A DNA stretch of 64,000 nt, from the NCBI GenBank assembly GCA_029261035.1, contig JAJDCD010000008.1, positions 364,480 through 428,479 of the forward strand, read 5' to 3'. Below, piece after piece: positions 47,447 to 57,679 of this stretch (position 1 is its first letter; each line of letters opens with the position of its first letter). The DNA comes from Candidatus Omnitrophota bacterium (GTDB lineage Bacteria > Omnitrophota > Omnitrophia > Omnitrophales > JACROU01). The notes under the pieces were generated by a model. That model did not search any database, was not told where the DNA came from, and worked only from the letters and a program-made list of their open reading frames with translations. Both the position numbers and the translations under genes were made by a program.

Positions 47447-49741
47447 TTATCCCCAATTAACCTTCACACCCCACGTTGCCGTGAGAGGTCGTCCGGGACG
47501 AGGACCATGCGGATGCCGCGAGACAATGTATTCTTGGTCGGTAATATTATAAACATTCATTGTCAGTGTTGCCCAATCCGTGAGAGCGTACTCCGCCGCA
47601 AAATCAAAAACCAAATAGCTGTCTGTTTGTCCAAAACGTGCATCCCGCACTCCTGTGGTAGGATTGATTTGATCCGTCGTATTGCTGGCTGAAGTAAACG
47701 TTTGAGGGACAAAATTCCCATTTACGTAGACTCCGAATTTGCCGTATTCAAACCCTGTTCCGAAAGAAAGCAGATACTCTGGCACATAAGGGACTTCATT
47801 GCCTTCTCTTGCCCCTGAGAAAATGGATTCCTGATCTGCCGATGCGGATGAAGAATCAAACTTCGCATTCGTATAAGTAAACGAAAGATAACTCGGAAGA
47901 TTAAAAGGTTTATCCATATGCTTTGCCGGATCATATTCGAGTAAAAACTCAATACCTTGAGAATTCACCTCACCGGCATTGACACTCATTCCGCTCCCGG
48001 CGCCGCCTATGCTGTCATCAACCAGCAAATCATCAAAATCCGTGTAAAACCAGACGATTTCAGAATGGAGTGCGCGTTCAGCATCATTCAGCCTTAATCC
48101 GACTTCGTAGGCATCGCTTGTCTCTTCCCGCAAGTTAGAAGCTCCTGTCGCAGCACTCGGACTCGGTACAGAAAAACCCCTATGCCAGCCAGCAAAACCA
48201 GAAACTTTATCTGTCAGACGGTAGTTGGCTGAAACTCCCGGAGCTAAGATGTCATAATTAACTTTTCCGGTGGCTCCCGTGGCTTTATTTTTGAACTCGG
48301 GCTGAATCCATTCCCAACGCAGGCCTCCAGCAAGGGTCAGCCGATCCCACGTCATTTGATCATTAATATAGAAAGCATGAGCTTCGGTGTGTTGCCGGTT
48401 AAAGCCACCGGACCCGGGTGCTCCAAGGGCTTCATCTATGATTCGGCCCTCTCCATCCTGCGTGTAAGTAATATCCCGCTGGTAACGCTCTACGCGGTCT
48501 TGATGATAGCGGTATCCAAAATCCATGCTGTGTTCTGTATCCATAATATCAAACTTAAAATTCAGAACATTATCAAGACCGGCACCGTAGTAGTAGCGCC
48601 GATTCTCACGAAAACGAAAACTCCCGGCTGCATCTCCTTTTAAAACCGCTAGGTGTGTTGGCGACTCTAACGCTTCGGAAATACTTAGTCGGTCTCCGGT
48701 CCCAGGAATTGAAGCGGCATCAATGCGGTCATTGACCTTCCTCCAATTACGATAAAAATAGTTGAAGTAACCGGTTGAAGTAATGTTCAATCTATCGGGA
48801 ATCAACTCCGCATAGTAGCGCAGGTAGGAACGAACCTGATTGGATTCAATGCCATCAAAACGGGAAGCGGCATAGCGGCGGTAAGGATTGTTCCGGAAAT
48901 CCTCCGTATTAAGCCCAATATATGTTTCATTAGCATCTCTGTAAGAGTTTCCTACTTTTAATTCAAGGCGCTGGTACATGTCCGTATCAGGCTCAAAAAA
49001 GAATTTCAACATAGTATCGTAAAGTTCATATCCTGTTGCATCCGGGTCTTTGATACCGGGTTTTTCATCGATGAACTTGAATCCATCCTGAAAACGCTGG
49101 TAGGATTCAGCAAGCCAGCCAAATTTTCCGATACCTGTTTCAACAGTATCTCCCACATAAATATGGGACCGCACTTCCGCGTCTTCACGAAAATCTGTAC
49201 CGCTCGTAAGATTGACATACGCTTTCAAATCATCAGGGATGGGTGTCGAGAGATAATTAATGACCCCTCCCGTTGTATGCGGGCCATATTTGATCTGGCT
49301 CGACCCTTTCAGCACCTCGATACCACTCATACGTCCCGTGGTAGGAGAATAATAAGCCGAAGGATCAGAATAAGGTGCCGGAGCCGTCAGTACCCCATCT
49401 TCCATAATTGTGACCTTACCGCTACGTCCGGGATCAACACCTCTCAAACTGATGTTAGGAAATAAACCGTATCCATCCTCTTCCCGCACATAAACTCCGG
49501 GAACTTTGCGCACAACCCGATTGATATCATCGTAATTAAATTGATGGATATCTTCGGAATCCAGGTAAGCACCCGATCCACCCAAATTCACCACATTTTC
49601 CTTGGCACCAATCACCGTGACTCCTTGGTAACTTTTTTTTGATGTGTCTTTTTCATCTACTGCTGTTTCCTCGGCCCGAAGACCGGGCACGCAAAGAATC
49701 ATCAACGACATCATCCCTACCCATACGCGAATCATTTTCAT
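47447..49741 (-). CDS. TonB-dependent outer-membrane receptor
   Basis: Signal peptide starting MKMIRV (AAGGAG SD at 7 nt); plug and barrel motifs. Confidence 0.8.
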   Translation of the reverse strand: MKMIRVWVGMMSLMILCVPGLRAEETAVDEKDTSKKSYQGVTVIGAKENVVNLGGSGAYLDSEDIHQFNYDDINRVVRKVPGVYVREEDGYGLFPNISLRGVDPGRSGKVTIMEDGVLTAPAPYSDPSAYYSPTTGRMSGIEVLKGSSQIKYGPHTTGGVINYLSTPIPDDLKAYVNLTSGTDFREDAEVRSHIYVGDTVETGIGKFGWLAESYQRFQDGFKFIDEKPGIKDPDATGYELYDTMLKFFFEPDTDMYQRLELKVGNSYRDANETYIGLNTEDFRNNPYRRYAASRFDGIESNQVRSYLRYYAELIPDRLNITSTGYFNYFYRNWRKVNDRIDAASIPGTGDRLSISEALESPTHLAVLKGDAAGSFRFRENRRYYYGAGLDNVLNFKFDIMDTEHSMDFGYRYHQDRVERYQRDITYTQDGEGRIIDEALGAPGSGGFNRQHTEAHAFYINDQMTWDRLTLAGGLRWEWIQPEFKNKATGATGKVNYDILAPGVSANYRLTDKVSGFAGWHRGFSVPSPSAATGASNLREETSDAYEVGLRLNDAERALHSEIVWFYTDFDDLLVDDSIGGAGSGMSVNAGEVNSQGIEFLLEYDPAKHMDKPFNLPSYLSFTYTNAKFDSSSASADQESIFSGAREGNEVPYVPEYLLSFGTGFEYGKFGVYVNGNFVPQTFTSASNTTDQINPTTGVRDARFGQTDSYLVFDFAAEYALTDWATLTMNVYNITDQEYIVSRHPHGPRPGRPLTATWGVKVNWG

Positions 49742-50236
49742 TTTTCTGCTCCTTCGTGTCATCATTTGAAGAATCCGGCCGCCCAAGGGAGGAAGGACGA
49801 CCGGATTCATTCATAATATTCGCTGGGTACGAGATGAAGGATTTCATCTTTGCCTGGCTACAGTCTTATTTATTTAAAATCAATTTGCCTGCTTTTGTAA
49901 TTTGCAAACGATAGTGTCGATCACTATGCCGGATATAAATTTCTCTTTCATCACCAAATAGATCATTTGAACAAAACACCCGGCAATTCTTGCTACCAGC
50001 ATTTTGTTCAGAACGACATTCAATCATGTTTTCAACTGAGAGGAGACCTTTGTCTTTTTTCATATCAAATCCATGTGAGGACGAGCTTCCGGTCACTACG
50101 TGAACTCTTCCTTTAATTAAACTGTTTTTCTGCCGACATCAACCGGCGCATCGTCATAACCTGAAGACGTTGATGAAACCATCAAAAGGCAATCACCCTC
50201 CCAAATGAATTTTCTTCGGCGTCCGTCCATCACTCT

Positions 50237-50695
50237 TTAGGCTCCTTTTTGCCCACACTTGGGGCATTGCCCATAAAGGCGAAGCTCATGAAAACTGGAT
50301 TTAAAACGATACTGCTCGTAAATTTTGTCTTGCAGGACTTCTATTTCTTGGTTTTTGAATTCAATTATTTTTCCGCAGTCGAGACAGATCAGATGATCGT
50401 GATGCCCTTTAGCACTCAGTTTTTCAAAGTATTCCCTCTTCCCCGGTCCCACGGACTTCTGCACAACTCCGGCCTCAAGCAAAAGCGGGAGTGTTCGGTA
50501 TACCGTATCACGGGAAATACGTTCACCCCGCTTTTTGAATTTTTCATGGAGCTGGTCTGCATCAAAGTGACTTTCCGTACGCTGAACTTCCTCGTAAATC
50601 TTCCGGCGTTCATAGGTATATTTGAACCCTTTCTGGTCCAAATGCTTTTGAAACTCAATCATCGTGTTTGTGCTCACTTGGTACCACCTCATCAA
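50237..50695 (-). CDS. fur: Fur-family metalloregulator (Fur/Zur)
   Basis: HHDHLICLDCG...CPKCG. Confidence 0.8.
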   Translation of the reverse strand: MMRWYQVSTNTMIEFQKHLDQKGFKYTYERRKIYEEVQRTESHFDADQLHEKFKKRGERISRDTVYRTLPLLLEAGVVQKSVGPGKREYFEKLSAKGHHDHLICLDCGKIIEFKNQEIEVLQDKIYEQYRFKSSFHELRLYGQCPKCGQKGA

Positions 50696-50710
50696 ATTCA
50701 GCTAGGCTTT

Positions 50711-50724
50711 GATTATCGGATAAC
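50711..50724. promoter_or_regulatory. Fur/Zur-box-like inverted repeat GATTATC-G-GATAAC immediately upstream of fur
   Basis: TTATC/GATAA dyad read directly. Confidence 0.3.
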
Positions 50725-50849
50725 GTCTTACTCAGATCTATAATGACTTAGATTGTATCCAATTAAGACATAATCTTAATACATTTAACTCTCCTGTCAA
50801 GCACTTTTTTACGCTGAATATACTAATAGAGTGAAAGAGGAAGGACTAT

Positions 50850-51050
50850 CTACAAGTCTGAGGTTTGTTTTGACGGACATTTAACCGTTCCATAAGAGCA
50901 AAACGCACAGCAATCACCCTTCTTGGGCTTTAATTGAACTTGGCAATTGAAGCAGGTGTAAAAATACTGGCAGGCATTCGTTGGCATCGTTTCTTCTTTT
51001 TCAAAACAACACTCCGGACATTTGATTATCGACTTTAATATTATGGGCAT
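50850..51050 (-). CDS. small Cys-rich protein (CPECC...CFNC...GDCCAFCSYG...C)
   Basis: 66-aa ORF overlapping the MerC-like gene start. Confidence 0.4.
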   Translation of the reverse strand: MPIILKSIIKCPECCFEKEETMPTNACQYFYTCFNCQVQLKPKKGDCCAFCSYGTVKCPSKQTSDL

Positions 51051-51409
51051 CGTTTACAATTCGCTTTAAGCCTCAAATTAATGACAGATGTTCCGATTAA
51101 TACAACTGCCCCGCTCATCATGAGAATTTGGTTCAACCAGATGTATCGTCCGACGTATATCGAAGCAGCACCTAAAATACCGGCTATCAAAATCCACCAC
51201 TTCTTGTGCTTCGTCGCAGACCAACCTAGACTGATAACGGCCAAGAGCAAAAGTAAAACAAGTACCGACTGAAGAAATTTAACGTTCAAGGCAAATCCGA
51301 GACCTACTGAAGCAAGAAACGCCCCTAGTGCAGGAATGCATAAGGGACAAATAATCGCAAGTACCGAAGAAAATACTGAGGCGAACGGAGCCGTCCATTT
51401 AGTTTTCAT
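51041..51409 (-). CDS. MerC-like membrane protein with CPLC motif
   Basis: Start re-set to MKTKW (GAGGAG SD); 4 TM segments; IICPLCIPALG. Confidence 0.45.
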   Translation of the reverse strand: MKTKWTAPFASVFSSVLAIICPLCIPALGAFLASVGLGFALNVKFLQSVLVLLLLLAVISLGWSATKHKKWWILIAGILGAASIYVGRYIWLNQILMMSGAVVLIGTSVINLRLKANCKRCP

Positions 51410-51429
51410 AATTTCTCCTCTAATCGGCA

Positions 51430-51705
51430 CTAAGCCGCTTCTCCTATACCAGCTTTCACCAAGGATTCTCGGTCCAATTTTCCTCGTTTGCAGCATTCAG
51501 CGATCTTCCCATCTACCACGACCACCGGGACAGAAGTAATCCCATATGCTTTTGTCTTTTCGATGCACTCTTTCGACTCGCAAGGCTCGGAGATATCGTA
51601 AACCGTAACCTCACAGTTCGAACACGCAAGCTCCTTAACCAAGCTCACCGTTTCTTTGCAGAGATAACATCCACTTGTAAACACCTCAACTTTTCTTTTT
51701 CCCAT
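51430..51705 (-). CDS. small thioredoxin-fold protein
   Basis: 91 aa; CxxC (GCYLC) plus additional Cys pairs. Confidence 0.55.
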   Translation of the reverse strand: MGKRKVEVFTSGCYLCKETVSLVKELACSNCEVTVYDISEPCESKECIEKTKAYGITSVPVVVVDGKIAECCKRGKLDRESLVKAGIGEAA

Positions 51706-52201
51706 GACGCTTTTCTCCTTTTTTTAACTTTGCATTTCTTTCAATTTGAGGACACACCGTAAAACGTTGCTTTTTAGCAACCTCCATCGGAATCCAGGAT
51801 TTCATGAGTGCCCGCAGACTTTTCTTCATAGCTTGAAGCTCTTTAATTTTTCCTTCCAGCTCATCAAGCTTTTTCGTTAGCACCTTGTTTACGTGCCCGC
51901 AACACTTCTCAAGTCCTCTTTCACTTTCTTGCATGATCCGCTTGATCTCGGCAAGAGACAGGCCAAAAGACTGAGCTTTCCGGATAAAGAGAATACAATC
52001 AATGGATTCCTGCGGATATTTACGAAATCCACCCTCTGAACGCAAAGGCCGCTTTAACAGACCCTCCTTTTCGTAATATCGAATTGTATCAATTGAAGCG
52101 CCTGCTTTTCTGGACACTTCCCCGATCTGTTTAAGCTCCATACTTTGAATCATTTTTACCTCCAATGACATAATACACTCTAGAGTATACTCCAGAGTCA
52201 A
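51686..52201 (-). CDS. MerR-family metal-responsive regulator (start probably at the internal MIQSMELK or MELK Met)
   Basis: LKQIGEVSRKAGASIDTIRYYEKEGLL; C-terminal CC...C. Confidence 0.7.
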   Translation of the reverse strand: MTLEYTLECIMSLEVKMIQSMELKQIGEVSRKAGASIDTIRYYEKEGLLKRPLRSEGGFRKYPQESIDCILFIRKAQSFGLSLAEIKRIMQESERGLEKCCGHVNKVLTKKLDELEGKIKELQAMKKSLRALMKSWIPMEVAKKQRFTVCPQIERNAKLKKGEKRHGKKKS

Positions 52202-52561
52202 GCCCGATTTCTCCTTCTAAGTGCTGAAATAGATAAGATCTTTCTATCTTTTTTATCGAGGGAGTCTCATTATCATCATTTTGTTATTGGGCGTAAGAGC
52301 AGCCTCCAGGTAAGAGCAATAGGCTTGAAGAGCTGAGGAATCTACGGACAAATATACAAAAAATTATTTTAGAGGTTCTCTATAGTGATATTTATTATTC
52401 GGCGTGAAGGTTGGCAGATGGTAAGAGCTTTAGTGAAAATCATTCGCCTTAATAAGGCAACGGTGCATAGTAGCCATTCATTGAAAATTATTATTAACAA
52501 TCCTTTTGACGTTTTAATTGGCAACTTTGAGATCAGTAAACGCCACCCGTTCTTCAACACC

Positions 52562-53353
52562 CTAATTTGAAGCGATCTTGTTCAAGTCTATACCTGCGAA
52601 CAGCAACACACACTGTGAGTTATTCGTAAGACGCGTCATGGTTTGAGTCGCAGATTCGCCATATAACTCAGCTAGTTCTGTTATTGTATGAACAACATCT
52701 CTCGGTTCTGAATTTCGAGAGCCTATTTTAGCAAATGGAGCATCTGTTTCTGTCAGTATTCGGTCTTTTGGAATACTCTGAACCAGAGCACGCCCGCGAT
52801 CATGTTTGAGCATCGCGGAGTTTACTGAAAAAAAGCAACCTGCATCAGCTGCGCGTCTTGCTTCTGAGAGCGATCCCGAAAACCAGTGCAGTATGCATAA
52901 CACTTTAGCGGGATCGCTACGCTCCTCTATCATAGCAATCACGTCACGTGCTGCGCGTCGACTATGAATAGTCAAAACTCGTCCGCCGTTCCTTTGCGAA
53001 GCTTCAAGTACACGGGAAAACGCTTTTTTCTGCATTTCATAACTAGCGCTGTGCTGAGGACTACCGTCTAACCCGACTTCGCCAACAAGACGGCAATCGC
53101 CAATTAACTGCTCAAGCATCACTATCTCCGCATGCCTTTTACCGACAAGCTCCGGGTGTAAACCAACCGCTGCATGTACATATGGACTAGCTTTCATCCA
53201 TGAATGATTCTGAGCCCAAGCTTTTGGCGTAGTCGTCACAGCAACAACAGCTATACGATCTCTTTCACATTGCTCTATAACAGCAACGGGATCGGCGTGC
53301 AAATCAACGTGACAATGAAAGTCAAAACCTACTATCCCCTTATTTGTGCTCAC
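52562..53353 (-). CDS. qatD: TatD-family metal-dependent nuclease, QatD
   Basis: DFHCHVDLH...EVGLDG...TDAPF TatD motifs; 4-nt overlap with qatC. Confidence 0.75.
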   Translation of the reverse strand: MSTNKGIVGFDFHCHVDLHADPVAVIEQCERDRIAVVAVTTTPKAWAQNHSWMKASPYVHAAVGLHPELVGKRHAEIVMLEQLIGDCRLVGEVGLDGSPQHSASYEMQKKAFSRVLEASQRNGGRVLTIHSRRAARDVIAMIEERSDPAKVLCILHWFSGSLSEARRAADAGCFFSVNSAMLKHDRGRALVQSIPKDRILTETDAPFAKIGSRNSEPRDVVHTITELAELYGESATQTMTRLTNNSQCVLLFAGIDLNKIASN

Positions 53354-54714
53354 GGTATTTGTATCACCACGTCATCAACAATTTTTGCAACCTCAGCAAT
53401 ACCTCTTCTAAAAACGGCAGAGTATTCCAATATCTCCTCCGGCGAATAATCATCAAATGAGCCAGTTTTATGAATCAAAATGTCTGACAGTGCAGGCTTC
53501 CGCGAAAGTCGATGGCTCATCATTTGAAATGCTCTCACGTCTGTTGCTTCTTTCTGTTTCGCATTAAGCGCTCGAACAGTCAAATCAGGTATGGAATAAT
53601 TTGTAGAATCCACCCCAAACGCTGCATGAATTGAAGCTCGACGAATCAAGCATGGCGTGCAGTAGCCGCAGTGCCCTGGCGGACGCCCTTTCCACCGACC
53701 TTTGGAAAAGGAGGAACAAGATATAGTGATGTCTGCATACTTTTTTAGAAAGGCCACATTTGTACACGCAGAAAGCATTTCACCTTTGGTTTTGAAGCGA
53801 TAGGGATTCAAAAGTTTCGCTCCTAGCCCCAAGTTATCCAAAAGTTTTTGCCAGAGAGCCATATAAAAAGGATGCGTTGTACGCGTGCTCCATGCACCAA
53901 GTCTCAGTGGATCAAGTGGTACGTTTAAAGAGATTAGACCATTCTCTGGGACATAAAGTGGTGTGATGCCGCCGTCCATCGAACTCGCAGCTAAAACCGC
54001 CAGCGCAAAGAATATGAAAGATCGTCCTCTCGTTGTTGTCTCCGTACCTAGGCCAGTCATGTCATTTTTATCAAAGCTCACATTGGCTCGGACATGGTGA
54101 GAGTAAAAATCCCCATATTCTTCCTCTAATTTGTCGGCACAAATAACCTGACTCTTAGTACTTACATCACGGTAATGGCTAACGAAAACGGTTTTCTTAC
54201 TAGCTGCAAGCAGGTCAATTGCTCCGACAAAGCTGTCGAGTCCCCCCGAAAAAAGACAGACGCTATCAAATGTAGTTTTCACAAGTTCTGGGGTTCTCTT
54301 GATCAGCGATTCCAGACCCTTCTGCCTGGGTCTAAAAAAAATCCGCCAGTGATCACCGGTCAGGAATTTCAACGTCCTCTCTATTAGTTTAACATTTGAG
54401 TCCCAGTCATCGGGTTTTGCAACTGGAATATACAGATCAATCTCGCGTGTCCAACTATCCTGAGAATCAGATACTCGTGAGATTTTGGTATCAGCAGCTG
54501 CGACTGTTGCTGCGAGAATAGCCAAATCAATCGCACTCTCCGGCGGGTACATCCCGCGCTGTGTGAGTTGGTCGAGCATCTGGCCAATGCCATGATTCAA
54601 GCGACGGTCATCATCGACAAAGTGAAGCACTGTAGTCAGTGAAGTTCTATCCTTCACTTTCACTTTTGTTTTGTCGGATGCATTAAGCCGCACCACGATG
54701 CTATGACGTTTCAT
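53350..54714 (-). CDS. qatC: QueC-like PP-loop ATPase, QatC
   Basis: LFSGGLDSF PP-loop; C-terminal CGYCTPCLIR zinc motif; ATGA start/stop overlap with qatB. Confidence 0.8.
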   Translation of the reverse strand: MKRHSIVVRLNASDKTKVKVKDRTSLTTVLHFVDDDRRLNHGIGQMLDQLTQRGMYPPESAIDLAILAATVAAADTKISRVSDSQDSWTREIDLYIPVAKPDDWDSNVKLIERTLKFLTGDHWRIFFRPRQKGLESLIKRTPELVKTTFDSVCLFSGGLDSFVGAIDLLAASKKTVFVSHYRDVSTKSQVICADKLEEEYGDFYSHHVRANVSFDKNDMTGLGTETTTRGRSFIFFALAVLAASSMDGGITPLYVPENGLISLNVPLDPLRLGAWSTRTTHPFYMALWQKLLDNLGLGAKLLNPYRFKTKGEMLSACTNVAFLKKYADITISCSSFSKGRWKGRPPGHCGYCTPCLIRRASIHAAFGVDSTNYSIPDLTVRALNAKQKEATDVRAFQMMSHRLSRKPALSDILIHKTGSFDDYSPEEILEYSAVFRRGIAEVAKIVDDVVIQIP

Positions 54715-55601
54715 CCTTCTCGATCTCCCAATTGCTGCAAAAGATCCCACGCTTCAAGGTAGGTCTTGTCAACGATCTCCCTGATGTCCTCATCGGACAT
54801 ATTGGATAGTTTTTCAAAATCACTCGTAAAAGAGTCACGCACAGTTCTTTGGATATAATCCCTAAACTGCCTATCGAATCCATCGATATCATCTAGTCCT
54901 TCGGAAAACCGGAATCCGTTTATACCGATTTCTTGATATAATCGTGACTCAATCGTATGCCCAAGAAAGCTAAGGAAAATCTCCTGGGTTGCTTCATGTG
55001 ATAATGCATCAAAATCATCAATGCCAAACTGATCCAACTCGGCAATCGTTTCCAGCCATGCGTCTCGTGCGATAGCTTCGTCGACTGATCCACCATCACG
55101 ACAAATAACCTCGGTAAAACCAATGAATACGTCTTGGATTTTTCGACCTGATAACTTTTGAAGGTTAAGACGTTGTAATGTCGCCTGTATGCCATCGCGT
55201 TGAATGCCTCGGAACACACCAAGTGCGTTACTCGCCGCTGAACGTGATGCACCCATGCGTCGTACTGCATTCCGGCTGCCGCCTGTCCCAGAACGAACAT
55301 AATCACGTACAGCTCTTCTAAGTGATCGCACATTACTGCCGCCAGAACCAACGAACCGTGAAAAATTAGTCCGCGCACCTCTAAAACGTTCTGCCTGGGG
55401 AGGAGGTATTGCGGGAAACTCTTTTCCATTATCTTCAGAGTCTGGTTGCGCGGCGGGGTTACCATTGCCTCCAATGTCATCTTGCTGCTGCATCACAAGG
55501 GCGTCACTACACGGCAACAAACCAAGAGGTTCATTCTCTAGCCATGTTGGTACGAGAGGCGTCCCTGAACTAGAACCTGATGAAGTTCCTGATGTACCCA
55601 T
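54711..55601 (-). CDS. qatB: QatB-like protein (Gly/Ser/Arg-rich N-terminus)
   Basis: Position and size within the qatABCD order. Confidence 0.55.
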   Translation of the reverse strand: MGTSGTSSGSSSGTPLVPTWLENEPLGLLPCSDALVMQQQDDIGGNGNPAAQPDSEDNGKEFPAIPPPQAERFRGARTNFSRFVGSGGSNVRSLRRAVRDYVRSGTGGSRNAVRRMGASRSAASNALGVFRGIQRDGIQATLQRLNLQKLSGRKIQDVFIGFTEVICRDGGSVDEAIARDAWLETIAELDQFGIDDFDALSHEATQEIFLSFLGHTIESRLYQEIGINGFRFSEGLDDIDGFDRQFRDYIQRTVRDSFTSDFEKLSNMSDEDIREIVDKTYLEAWDLLQQLGDREG

Positions 55602-55604
55602 ATA

Positions 55605-57542
55605 TTAATAAGCCCCTTGATCCAGTGCTTTAAGCGCTGCTGGTGCACCTTGTTTTAACAAGGAGTTATCCTCTTGAGTTTCCCATCCTCGTATCACCGA
55701 CTTCAATTCATCACGAGCCTTCGACTCCGTAATAGCCTCGTTCCAACCTTTCAATATCCAAAGCCCTACTTTTTTAGGATCAAGGCTGCCCAATAATTTC
55801 ACAACTTCGCTTTGAAATTGATGGTGATGTTTAGCCACTATGGTGAGACCGTTTATACCGGGCGGTGGGTTGTTAAGACTACTCACACTAAGAACTCGCT
55901 CTCGCAATACACTAAAAATGGTATTCGCATCACCTTCAATCAATGCTTTAACCTCCGATTCCGCCGTTCTAACTTCTAACTGCGACCCACAAAGTCTTTT
56001 AATTAATGCCTCCAAAGCTCCCGACCCGCTCTCTCCACTAAGCATACGCTTGTCGCGCACTACGAATACATATGGTCGCAAATCTTCATTTCCGAGCTCG
56101 GGCTTAATTTGGAGCCAACGTTTTAGCCAATCACGTTCAAGCCATTTATCAGCACCCGCTTGTTGAATTTCTTTCTCTGATGTCATCACTTTCTTATCTC
56201 TACTTTTCTTCTTTTCATCCGATTGAGCCCCCTTACCATAACCTTCTAAGTAGACGACATCTCTAGCCTTCCCGCTATCAGAAGTCATAGCTTGTGCGGC
56301 AACGCGCTCATAAAAATCAGGTTGGAAACGTTCAGCGAGCATAAGCTTAGCTAACACAGGCTGATTAATTAGCCCCTCAAACCCTCTCGCTTTCGCAATC
56401 ATTTGACGTACAATCAATGCGTTAAGAAAACGCTTTACCTGCCGCGGGTTTCCTTTCGTGCCCTCCGCAAGCATTGGGGCAATTTGTTGCGCCAAAACAA
56501 ATGCTAAATCCAAGCCTTCCTTCTTCGCATTATCCACCTCTTGAACATCAGTTTGCGATAGGCTGGCTCCAAGCCAGGGTTTCTTCAAGCCCTCTTTCGC
56601 TTTCATCAGAAGCCTATTAAAACCATCATGATCTTCCCCAACTAGACTCTGTACCAACAAAAGAGTCACATAAGTGCGAGTTTCCTGAGCACCAAGCATC
56701 GGTATCGTGAACGGAATCTGGACAAGCTTTTCCAAATAATTTCGTGCATATGGTAAAGGCCCAGACGCAACTGGCAAATCTGGAAAATGCTGTCGTACTG
56801 CATATTCGATCATTGCCTCATCAGCAGCAATAATAAATGCTGTTTTGGGCACAAATAAAAATAACCGAATAGCTTCCAGTGTCTCAATTGCTGTTGTGGG
56901 AAGGCATCGATCGAGATCATCAATCAACACAACAAGTTGATCAACCTTTGCCTCCTGAAGCAACTCTTGAAAGTCTTTTCGAAACTCATGGATGGTATCC
57001 GGCAAATTCTCACCATCCTCAGACGGCTTTAGAAAGCCCGCTACTTCTTCGACACGCGCTGGGATCTCACTAGGATTGATACTTGCAGCATTTTGAGCCA
57101 GATCCTTCAGCGTACTGAGAGCAGTTCCAATTTGATCTGGAGAGGGTAAACCCGTGATAATATTAAAAGCCACGCCACTACCACGTTTGGCGACTTTCAG
57201 CCAATTCACGCGCTTAATCAGTTTATTGGCAAACTCTTTAACCTTACCTACCGTTGAACGCTGTCGACACAGCTCAGTAATCGTCGCTTCAATCAAAACA
57301 GTCTTCGCATCATCAAACCCTTCAAATGTCCAACCATTAAACCACAGCACGGCAACGTTTTTATCCGAGGACAAATCCTTCTCAATCATTTTGAGAATAC
57401 TAGATTTGCCAGCTCCCCAATCACCATGGATACCAATCGTCAATGGACGACTACGATTATGTTTTAATGTTTCGATAATCGTTTGCGAAATAGCCTCACA
57501 ATTAAGAAAATCAACTTCTGTCTCGTTGTCTGGAATTAGCAT
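55605..57542 (-). CDS. qatA: KAP-family P-loop NTPase, QatA
   Basis: GIHGDWGAGKSSIL Walker A; 645 aa. Confidence 0.8.
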   Translation of the reverse strand: MLIPDNETEVDFLNCEAISQTIIETLKHNRSRPLTIGIHGDWGAGKSSILKMIEKDLSSDKNVAVLWFNGWTFEGFDDAKTVLIEATITELCRQRSTVGKVKEFANKLIKRVNWLKVAKRGSGVAFNIITGLPSPDQIGTALSTLKDLAQNAASINPSEIPARVEEVAGFLKPSEDGENLPDTIHEFRKDFQELLQEAKVDQLVVLIDDLDRCLPTTAIETLEAIRLFLFVPKTAFIIAADEAMIEYAVRQHFPDLPVASGPLPYARNYLEKLVQIPFTIPMLGAQETRTYVTLLLVQSLVGEDHDGFNRLLMKAKEGLKKPWLGASLSQTDVQEVDNAKKEGLDLAFVLAQQIAPMLAEGTKGNPRQVKRFLNALIVRQMIAKARGFEGLINQPVLAKLMLAERFQPDFYERVAAQAMTSDSGKARDVVYLEGYGKGAQSDEKKKSRDKKVMTSEKEIQQAGADKWLERDWLKRWLQIKPELGNEDLRPYVFVVRDKRMLSGESGSGALEALIKRLCGSQLEVRTAESEVKALIEGDANTIFSVLRERVLSVSSLNNPPPGINGLTIVAKHHHQFQSEVVKLLGSLDPKKVGLWILKGWNEAITESKARDELKSVIRGWETQEDNSLLKQGAPAALKALDQGAY

Positions 57543-57679
57543 AGTGATCTCACTGCAAAAATAGTTCGTGTCATTAATTATTAGCCCAATTTATTTTCCT
57601 CATTATATACCACCCTCTAGTGTTCGGAAAATGATCATTTAAACAGGTTAGATTTATCGAGGTAAGAATCGTCCATCTT

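Noticed and set aside
49866-50096. 76-aa ORF between the TonB-dependent receptor and fur
   Set aside because: No convincing SD and an odd composition. It could be a promoter/leader region instead.
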